From Azolla caroliniana (lineage: Eukaryota; Plantae; Polypodiophyta): 64,000 nt of DNA. The notes under the pieces are model-generated. The model was not told the DNA's origin. It was given only the letters and a program-made list of their open reading frames with translations, and searched no databases. A program made the position numbers and the translations under genes. The DNA lies in the NCBI GenBank assembly GCA_043228905.1, contig JBHGNT010000003.1, positions 10,974,001-11,038,000 of the forward strand. Reading direction: 5' to 3'. Position 1 is the first letter of the stretch, and each line of letters opens with the position of its first letter. This document shows positions 50,687 through 60,020 of the stretch, piece by piece.

Positions 50687-52747
50687 GTGAAGACGGGTGG
50701 CAAGGAGATGGAGGCTCAACAAGCTAACAATATGATGGCGATGTTCGAACGGATGCTTCAAGAACAACGCACGATGTCGGAGATTTCGGCATCAGTAGAG
50801 CGGCTCGTGCAACGCAACGGGCAATTTAATGGTAAGGATGTGTCGCGATATTTGCAGGACTACAAGGCGGAGATGCTCCGGTGCCGGGCTTCGGAAGGAC
50901 TGCAAGTGACATCCTTTAACCGGGTGGCGACCGACGGGCTTCAAGGGAGTATCCACGGGTTGCAACAACAAAATCCGACGTGGGAAGCATTCGAAGAGGC
51001 GTTAAAGACCACGTTTGCCATCGAGGACTCCTCCAAGGCAACGCGGAGGGGATTCGAGGATTGGGTGGAAACGTCAGGTAAGGGGTTGAAGGTCCTCGAA
51101 GTATTTTCGACATTCGAAAGTCGGTTCGGGAGGTTGTCCGCGAGAGATCAAACTATTCTTGCACCGGACAAAGTCATCATGTTTTTGCGAGCTGTGGACG
51201 TCCGGGACCGGAAAGATCTCGGAGTGCTTCTTGAGGACACGACCACCGAAAGCGGCCTCACCGAAACATGGGAAAGCGTGCGGGATATCGTCGCGCGGTA
51301 CACGAAGAGGGGGCAATGGCTTGCCAACGAAGAAAAGAGGGTTTCGGAACCGATTCCGAAACCGAGAACGGGACTGGAAGACCATCAACCGAGGGCTCGG
51401 GAGATTACGGCCGAGAAGGGAGTCGACGCGTCTACGGTGGAGCAGCTGCTGAAGGAGATGGAGAATCTAAAGATCGCGATGGTGAAGAAGTCGGATGACC
51501 GCCCCACAAGCTCCAAATATACGGATCGACGGTGCATATGGTGCGATAGCGCCGAACACGATCGGAGGGATTGCGACGACCATAAGGAGGCGCTACGACG
51601 GGATCTCATCTACTACGAGGGAAACCGGATTCATTCGATGGACTCTCGGAAGCCACTCCGACCGAACTTCCGGAAAGGCGGCATGAAGAAGGTGCTCGAG
51701 GAGGAGTTAGCGGCAAGAAGCAACTATGCGACAACCGCGGGAATATGTGTCGGGGAGTCATCGGGAGCGAAGGCGTCTTTCTGGCCGGAGGTGCTAGGAA
51801 ACACCGAGAAAACCGACTCCAACGATATCCGAAACACCGCGGAAGGCGTCCGGGAAGCTACGGGATGGGAGTGCCCTGTCGACAAGAATAGCATATACGC
51901 CCTGTGTCAATTACATGAGGTGTACGTGGACGAGAAACGATGGCGCACGGAGGATGCGGCCGGACCATCGAAGATACCGGAAAACTGGAACTCCGGAGGT
52001 AAGGGAAAAGAAAAGGCGACTCCGGCATTCAAGCTCGCCTCGGACATAGAACAACAAACCGACTTGAAAAGAGTGTTCGAGGAAAGAATCTTGGATAGCC
52101 GGGTCGATTTTTCGCTGCGGGAACTACTCGGAATAGCGAAGAAGGAGTTTCACGATCTTCTCGTGGATCTCGTGAAAAGGAAGAGACAAAGTACGGAGGA
52201 AAATGCTCCAAGGGTGAATGCAAATACCGTTTCAATGAACGACACCGAAGTGGAAGGCGAAATTCCGAACTCCCACTATACAAGGCCACACTGGGCACGT
52301 GCGACTACGGAGACTCCGGTCCGAATCGGCAACATCAAAGAACCCGTGCTAGCATTGATTGATCACGGATCGGAGATCAACTTGATGTCCAAGGAGTTCT
52401 ACCGAAAGGGGAAGTGGCCTATAAACACCAACCATGGATGGAAGATTCGGGCAGCCACGAAAACGACAGAAGACCTATTTGCGGCTTGTCCGGATGTGAC
52501 GGTAAAGATCGGGGATGTCGAAATTGACCAAAATTTCTTTGTGCAGGATGAGGTTTCACATTCTGTCATCCTCGGCCAACCCTTTATCACGGCTTCACGG
52601 ATGGAGACGAAGGTGCTCGATAGTGGTGCGGCTTTTGCGCGAATTCGGAGCCAAAACGGAGGGAAATCCGTCCAATTCCTAACGGTGCCGGCAAATCACG
52701 AAAGGAACAAGAGGGAACTCTTGCCCCAAGTGAGAATGGATTTTTAA
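50687..52747 (+). CDS. gag: Gag-protease
   Basis: 686-aa open ORF with CCHC knuckle CIWCDSAEHDRRDC and protease-like LIDHGSEIN...VILGQPF. Confidence 0.88.
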   Translation: MKTGGKEMEAQQANNMMAMFERMLQEQRTMSEISASVERLVQRNGQFNGKDVSRYLQDYKAEMLRCRASEGLQVTSFNRVATDGLQGSIHGLQQQNPTWEAFEEALKTTFAIEDSSKATRRGFEDWVETSGKGLKVLEVFSTFESRFGRLSARDQTILAPDKVIMFLRAVDVRDRKDLGVLLEDTTTESGLTETWESVRDIVARYTKRGQWLANEEKRVSEPIPKPRTGLEDHQPRAREITAEKGVDASTVEQLLKEMENLKIAMVKKSDDRPTSSKYTDRRCIWCDSAEHDRRDCDDHKEALRRDLIYYEGNRIHSMDSRKPLRPNFRKGGMKKVLEEELAARSNYATTAGICVGESSGAKASFWPEVLGNTEKTDSNDIRNTAEGVREATGWECPVDKNSIYALCQLHEVYVDEKRWRTEDAAGPSKIPENWNSGGKGKEKATPAFKLASDIEQQTDLKRVFEERILDSRVDFSLRELLGIAKKEFHDLLVDLVKRKRQSTEENAPRVNANTVSMNDTEVEGEIPNSHYTRPHWARATTETPVRIGNIKEPVLALIDHGSEINLMSKEFYRKGKWPINTNHGWKIRAATKTTEDLFAACPDVTVKIGDVEIDQNFFVQDEVSHSVILGQPFITASRMETKVLDSGAAFARIRSQNGGKSVQFLTVPANHERNKRELLPQVRMDF

Positions 52748-52801
52748 AGCGGACTGTTGCGGAGTGGGGAAGTGATAGTCCGAGAAGCCCTGATACCCCA
52801 C
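52738..52801 (+). promoter_or_regulatory. Putative -1 ribosomal frameshift signal (slippery GGATTTT plus H-type pseudoknot)
   Basis: G GAT TTT TAA ends gag-PR. Stem 52750-52760 pairs with 52772-52782; loop gtgggg pairs with ccccac at 52796-52801. Confidence 0.72.
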
Positions 52802-55800
52802 ACGGGAAGAAAACTCTCGGAGCAAAACAAGTACGAATCGGGCCGGATGGGGCATCTACGTACACGGCCGTAACCGGAGGAATGAAGAAACAATACCGAC
52901 AAGTGGAGGATAAGTTACGGTCGGCATCAATAATAAAAGAAGACGAAGAAATCGTGGGAGTAATCGAGGAAGTGTTCTATGGGAATACACTACAACGGCT
53001 TGAAGAGCTTGCGGAAGATAAAAGCCAAGGGAACCGGGTAGTCCCGGTGGAATCGGTCGAGATGTACGAGATCGTTGCGAAAATGGGGCCGGATGCGCTC
53101 CGCAAAGAAGAAGCAATGGTAAGTACGAAATACAAGACCGTGGAGAAGAAGGTAAAACCGGCCGCGGGACCACTACCCGCCGATAGCGAACAAAAGAGGA
53201 AAGAAGTCTCGGGAGATCCGACACTTCGGAAGACCGTGGATATCGGACATGCCTTCACAGATGAGACCCGGAAGAAACTTCGGATCGGTGGAGGTGGGTT
53301 CCTCTTACAAGAAGAAGAAAAACGGTTTCGAGAGATGTTGGAGCAACACGGCAAAGCATTCGCGTTCACATCGAGGGAGATCGGATGCATTGATCCAAAG
53401 ATAGTGGAGCCGATGGTGATTTTCACGATTGATCATGTACCGTGGAACCTGAAGCCGATTCCGGTGCCACGGGCGCATATTCCGAAAGTCATCGACTTAC
53501 TCAAGGAGAAGGTGGCGATGGGGATTCTAGAGCCATCAAGTGCTCCGTACTCAAATCGATGGTTTACGGTTCCGAAGAAGAATGGGTCACTCCGATTCAT
53601 CCAAGACTTGCAACCGGTGAACAAGGTCACGATCCGGAACTCGGGAGTCGGTCCGATAGTGGACGAATTCGCGGAAGCTTTTGCCGGACGTGCGATATAC
53701 TCCATCGGGGACCTATACTCGGGGTATGACCAATTCCAACTAGCCGTGGAGAGCCGAGACATCACTACCATGCGGACACCGATAGGACTAGTTCGAATGT
53801 GCACACTACCACAAGGAGCGACAAACTCGGTTGCACATATGATGAACGCGATGAACAAGGTGCTTCGAGATTGCATCCCGGAGATAACGATGCCGTTTCT
53901 AGATGACATTCCGATGAAAGGATGCGCGGTGGAAGAAAAAGATGAGACTATGGATGATCGGGGATGCCGAAAGTTCGTGGTCGACCATATTCATGATTGC
54001 GAGAAAGTGTTGCGAAAGCTAGAAGATGTGCACCTAACACTTTCCGGGGAGAAATCGGCATTCGGGCAAGAAGAAATATTGGTGGTTGGACATCTATGTG
54101 GACCCTACGGCCGAAGACCGTCACCAACAAAGATCGATGCGATTCAAGCTATGAAGGAAGTATGTGAGTCAACGTCGGAAGTCCGAAGGTTTCTAGGTGC
54201 GTGTGCATTCTATCACATATGGATTCCGCACTATGCACATATAGCGGACCCGCTCTATCACTTGTTGCGGAAAGGTAAGAAATTCGAGTGGAAACCGGAA
54301 CACACTAAAGCCATGAGGAAGCTCAAGAAGACACTATGGAGGGCGGAATCACTTAAGAAGCCAAGCTACGAGCGGCCAATCATAGTAACGGTTGATACAA
54401 GTCCAACCGGTATCGGGTGGGTCATCAATCAAGCCGACTCGGATGGTTCGCGGTATCCGATTCGATTTGGAGCAAAGGTCCTCAACGAAAGGCAACGCGG
54501 ATATGCACAAATCAAAAGAGAATTGTGGGGAGTCGTGTCGGCGATAAAATCGGATCGGGATTATTTGATCGGAGCTGAAGTGGTGATCGAGACGGATTGT
54601 CTTCCGATACTCGGGATGATGCGGTGTTGTACGATACCGGATGTGGCTATGCTAAGGTGGATTGCATATGTCAAGTCACTTAATCCGGAGGTTTGACACA
54701 TCTCGGGGAAGGACAACGCGGTAGCGGACATGTTATCGAGGGCGCGGTTTGAAGACGACATAACCGAATCAGATAATGAAGAAGTTTCCGAAGACTACTT
54801 CACGTCAGAACACATATGCCGAGTGAACGTGATCCGAGAATTCCGGGAAGAAGAATACGAGGGGGAAACCTTGATGATCGGGAAGATGCTACAAGAGGTC
54901 GAGGATTCAACCAATGATAAAGAAAGGAGAGCCGAGATCCGAAGGAAGAAGAGGCAAGTCCAAAAGTTCTTCTTGGAAAACGGTTTAATATGGAGGACGC
55001 CGAAAAGACCGGATGGGATACCACTTCGAGTAGTCGGGACGAAAGAGCAACGAAACCGGATAATGTCCGAGTTCCACGAATCCGATTGGGCTGGACATCG
55101 AGGAACATGGGCAACTTTTGTGAAAATCAAGCAAAGATATTGGTGGAAGAACATGTATAAAGATGTCGCGGAGTTCACAGAAAGCTGCGAGAAATGTCAA
55201 GTCTACTCCGGGGTCCGACACCGAGATGAGCTGCATCCGACATTCTCACCGACAATCAACTTCAAGTGGATGGTCGACATTGTAGCTATGCCGACCGGGA
55301 TTGGACAAAAGAAATACTTGGTGTTAGCTCGAGAAGATCTCACAAACCAAGTTGAAGGTCGAGCGCTTCGGAGGAAAACGTGTGCCGCGGTGTGCCAATT
55401 TCTTTTGGAAGAAGTGTTTTGTAGGTACGGCTGCGTAGGACAAGTGATTGCGGACCGGGGAGAACTCGACTCGGACAAAGCTAGGGGATTCTTCGCCAAA
55501 CATGGAGTTCGGTTAACGTTGACAACGGCCTACAATCCGGAGGCCAACGGGAAGATCGAACGAGGACATAGTCCGATCGTGAAAGCACTTGCGAAGGCAT
55601 GCGACGGAAGGGTGAAGGATTGGCCACAAATGCTTCCGTATGCACTATGGGCGGATCGGACGACGCATAGCTCCGTGACCGGTTACATGCCGGCAGAACT
55701 CATGACCGGACAAGCACCGGTAATGCCAACGGAAACCGCAATCGCGACATGGACAATACTACCGTGGAAGGAAGAGATGAGCCGGGAAGAACTACTAGCG

Positions 55801-56337
55801 GTCCGGATACGACAACTGGAGGGAAGACCGAAAGATGTAGCGGAAGCGTCACGCCGACAACAAGAAGCACGGTTCCGGAACAAAAGCCGGTTCGACACAA
55901 AGCACCGACTACGACCGAGGAGGATTGAAGAAGGAGATTGGGTGATCGTCTATGATAGTAGCTTGGACCATCAACATACAACGATGCGGAAATTCGCGAA
56001 AAGGTGGTTCGGGCCGTACGAGGTTCGGAAGGTCTTCGACAACGGGACGTACCGACTGTCCGAGTTGGATGGAACAATACTACGAGTGCCTATAGCCGGG
56101 AAGCGGGTAAAGATTTTCAAGAAGCGGACCGACGACAAACCTTATGTGATCCAAGTCGAGGCCGACAACGAGGAGCAATCGGACGAAGACCACAATGATG
56201 CGGGAAGCGAAGAAAGTGGATTACAACTCATAGTCGACATAAGGGGAGAATCGGAGGAAGCTTCGGATGAAGACGGATACGAAGAATCAAGAACTTCGGC
56301 ACATACCGGAGGATGTGCGGGTTTGGAGGGGGCGAGA
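52741..56337 (+). CDS. pol: Pol (RT-RNase H-integrase) in the -1 frame; one premature TGA at 54694-54696; no chromodomain
   Basis: Frame open from 52741. RT FLDDI, RH TVDTSPTG, INT HESDWAGH...CEKC and DDE core, WFGPY. Confidence 0.88.
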
Positions 56338-56345
56338 CCAAATGA

Positions 56346-56967
56346 TGTCGCGAAGATTCGCGCGTGCGTGTGCTACTCGAGCGACCACCGGGGTCTTGGA
56401 CTGGGGAGGACGTTCGCGGAATTATCGAAGAGATGACGATCAATGTAAGATTAGACGGAATTTGTTCACTTGAGAAGAAGAAAGCTTGTACACTTGAGAA
56501 GTAGAAAATAATGAAGAAGATAAAGACAATTATATTGATGATAATGGTGTTGGTGATATCACATATTGAGCCCCCCTTACACAAGCCCAACTAGAGGCTT
56601 TTATAGGTCTTTCCATGCTCGTGACATGCACAAAACCATGGGCTAAAACCATGGTTTTGTGCACACGGTTTTGCTTATGTCATGCACAAACCATGGTTTT
56701 GTGCACATGGTTTTCTATGGTTGTTTCGTCTATAATTTGTATATGAAAAGGAAATACATAGAATCTACACTATATGATAGTTGTCCTAATGGTAAGGCAA
56801 TCATCTTGTATCTTAGAGGTGCAAGGTTCAAATCTTGCTTGCACCCCTGTGTATGAACTCAAGTGCCACTAGGCTAGGTTTATTTGCTAAGTGCATGTGC
56901 AATGTTGCACATCCTTGGTTTATTCGTCTCACTCGGTTTCACACAGTAGCAAAAAATCGTCACGACA
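56346..56967 (-). repeat. Inverted, apparently identical copy of LTR-C (622 bp)
   Basis: Reverse complement of 50047-50668. Spurious ORFs 50158-50355 and 56659-56856 translate identically. Confidence 0.95.
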
Positions 56968-57506
56968 TCCACCCCCACCAAACCCGCACATCCTCCGGTA
57001 TGTGCCGAGAAAGGTGAAGAGGTGAGATCTTTGGCAACGGTGATCAACCGAGTTCCTCTGCACGCTCGTCGACTTCGTCTTCCACTTCGAGTATGCGCAA
57101 TCTTTCCAACCGAACCACCGTAGCCACCCGATCCACCATATCCGGCGCTCACACCTTCTTCCCCGATTGGTTGTAGTAGATCTACCGAACGATGTCGTCG
57201 ATACGACCGCTCTTCCTTCGTCCACCGCGCGTGTCCTTCGATTGGACTCCTGGCCACTCCTCACGCTCACCGTCTTCAACTGGGTATTGTAGATCGTTCG
57301 TGTCGATCTCCGATTAGGCCGGGATGCCGACCCGAACGAAGGAAGATCCACATGGGAGCCGATCGACCGGGGCCGACCCGGCCGAAACCTAATTCGGCGA
57401 AAATCGATCGGACGATTCCGATCCAAAAGGGGGCCGACCCAGCCAGAATCAATCGGTCGAGCCCGACTCGGGGAAATGTGAATGCAGACGAAGGCCAACG
57501 AAGCCA

Positions 57507-57541
57507 AGAAGGTTGCGTGTTCGTTCACGTCGGGTTCACCA
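57507..57541 (-). promoter_or_regulatory. Extended PBS complementary to the 3' half of tRNA-Trp
   Basis: The + strand reads agaaggttgcgtgttcg-ttcacgtcgggttcacca, the plant tRNA-Trp 3' half with CCA and lacking A58. Confidence 0.8.
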
Positions 57542-58184
57542 ACTGTGTCGCGCCTTTCGGCTCCGGATCGTTGCGTGAGTCGGGTGGGAACCACAGAGGT
57601 CTTGGACTAGGAGAAAGAAGTTCGTGAGATAGAGATTAATTATGAGTAAATAGCAAAGAGAAAGATAAGAAACTCGTGAATCACACGAGTATACTATATT
57701 AATTGGTACTTAGGGTTTTAAGAGAGAAGTAGATGTATAAATCGTGAATCCCACGAATAATTTTTGTATTGATTAATTCTTAATCCAAATAATCAACAAC
57801 CCTTTACATATTTCTCTCCTCCTTATATAAGGAAGGAAGAGCTAAGCATGGCTTCATGCTTTTTTATTTTTTACAAAAAGTGTTCATGTCCACTAAATGT
57901 GCATGTGATGCTTTTTTATTTCCTAAGTATAGGGCTCATGCACGCTAGATGTGCATGAGTTATTTTTAGTGTCTCGTCTTTTTCATATATTAAAAAAAAT
58001 ACACGATTTACCTTTTAATAAAGGTATGCATAAATAAAGGTCTTATACACATTAAATCTATATTTAAAACACTTAAGATAATTTAATGTAATGGTAAGGT
58101 TGGGGTTTGTCAACGTGGAGGTGCAGAGTTCGAATCACGCCTTGCGCAGTAGTGAGTATTTCCTTTTTTTACATTTATGTCTCT

Positions 58185-58310
58185 ATGCCGTTTTTCCTCC
58201 TTGCCGGTATGCCGTTTTCTTCCTTGCCGGTATGCCGTTTTCCTCCTTGCCGGTATGCCGTTTTTCCGGTATGCCGTTTTTCCTCCTTGCCGGTATGCCG
58301 TTTTCTTCCG
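58185..58310. repeat. ~23-bp tandem repeat (ccggtatgccgtttttcctccttg) in LTR-D U3
   Basis: About five copies, one of them shortened. Confidence 0.85.
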
Positions 58311-59051
58311 GTTCTCACCGAGCACTCCATTCTCTATCCGGAGGGACAAAAATATAATTTCCACATAGTGTGCAACCTACACTACGACAGCGCATACACT
58401 TAAGGCCAACTGCACGGAGAATGTTCCGGACCAAGAGGAACCGCAACACCACTCCCCAGAGCGTACAACGATGGCCAACATCACGGAGGAAGTGACGGAC
58501 GAACCAGAGCCGCGACCTACCGCAAGTCTGCGGGCCGACATCACGGAGGAAGTGACGGACGAACCAGAGCCACGACCTACCGCAAGCCTGCGGACGGTTG
58601 AACCAAACCCCCTAGCCCAAGAAGAGCCCACAGAACCCGGACTGCCCACATAGGATGACTACGACACCATGCGAAGCCCTCCGGACCAAGCAGGGGAACC
58701 ACACAACGACACGCCTACAAGCCCTACGCCGTCCCCGGACACAAACACCGTAGCAGAACCAAACATCAGGGCCATTTTGGATGAAGATTAAAGGGATGGG
58801 TCCGACATGCCATGGCATTGTCCCACCGGCGTGCCAGGTGTTGTCCGCCAGAATAGTAATCGACGGACAAGAGCGTAGTAACATGGAATAGAGTAATATT
58901 ATAACGCATGTAACGGTTCACGCAGGAAGCGTGAATGGCTAAAAGATCCTGCGTATATAAAGGGCAGAAAACCTCTAATAGAGGTAGCGTGTAATTTTAA
59001 ATGTAAAAGGCGTATCTTAATAGAGTTCTATCTTCTCTGATATCTATGCAT

Positions 59052-59689
59052 TGTCGTGCCTTTCGACGTCAGATCGTTTGCGTGAGTCAGGTGGGAACCG
59101 CTGGGGTTTTGGACTAGGAGAACGAAGAATATGAGATAATGTTAGTTAGGAAGAGATTGTAAGAAGAAAATATGAAACTCGTGAATCCCACGAGTATAAT
59201 GTATTAATGGGTAATTAGATTGTAAGAGAGAATTAGATGGTAAAATCGTGAATCCCACGAATATTTTGTATTAATCAATCCTTCTAAAAAAAGTCAACAA
59301 CCCTATACATCTTTCTCTCTTCCTTATATAGTGTTGGAAGAGTCCAAGTTTATCAAATGCAAGCATCATCCTTTTCCTAACTTTAGTTTTCATGCACACT
59401 ACATGTGCATGATTAGCTTTCTATCCCATCTTTTCGTTTAACTCGAGTGTGTATGCATGAATAACTTTTTGTACCATGCATGTCTAGAAATTTTACATGG
59501 GATAAAGTTTAGTATAACTTTAAAATTCATAATACGCTAGTATAATGATAAGGCTTAACATTATTAACATGGAGGTGCAAGGTTCGAATCCTGCCCTATG
59601 CACGTAATAAATATTTTTAATATTTTATTTTTATTTATTATATGTACTCTAAATTGGATATACTATAGTGTGTGATTCACACTACGACA
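59052..59689 (-). mobile_element. Solo LTR-D with non-matching flanks
   Basis: tgtcg...cgaca ends. Flanks gcat and acgt belong to different sequences. Confidence 0.85.
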
Positions 59690-60020
59690 ACGTGAAACGT
59701 GAATTTCTGCCCTTGCAGATAATGTCGAAACTTATTGATGTTGTAGATCATCCCCTACGCCTCACGTTCCGTTGTGGAATAGTTACACTCTGCCGTTGAT
59801 AATTTCTGACTAGCGTAGTACACCGGCCAGTACCAATTCGGCTCCGTGAGATACATTAGCGCACTTCCTATTGCTATGTCTGAGGCATCTACGAACACGT
59901 GGAATGGCTTCGCCCAAACTGGTTGCTGTACGACGGGTGCCTGCGTTTGCATTACCTTTAGCGCATCATATGCCTTTTCTTTCATCATTGTCCATTGGAA
60001 GGGAGTCCGATGAACGGCAA
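59690..60020 (-). pseudogene. Gypsy RT-linker/RNase H fragment (non-chromovirus type)
   Basis: PFHVFVDASDIAIG...YYASQKLSTAECNYSTTEREA...KFRHYLQGQKFTFHV. Confidence 0.85.

Larger units (their letters stand above)
50047..58389. mobile_element. Composite insertion: autonomous-type gypsy (+) fused tail-to-tail to a non-autonomous element (-)
   Basis: LTR-C 50047-50668, PBS 50674-50691, gag-pol, PPT ~56325-56337, inverted LTR-C 56346-56967, non-coding internal region, PBS, LTR-D 57546-58389. One 4-bp TSD gcgc. Confidence 0.85.
49845..59051 (+). mobile_element. Second Tat-like remnant (low-complexity ORF end, tRNA-Arg-like site, partial LTR 58839-59051), split by the 50047-58389 insertion
   Basis: DQEEP repeats on both flanks are in frame across TSD gcgc. 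60-bp tandem duplication at ~58478-58595. gtcccaccggcgtgcca at 58820-58836. TATA at 58954. Left boundary approximate. Confidence 0.6.

Noticed and set aside
50047-56967. DNA transposon or DIRS-like element with long terminal inverted repeats
   Set aside because: It encodes a DDE integrase with PBS and PPT and has no transposase or tyrosine recombinase. The TSD lies at 58390, not at 56968.
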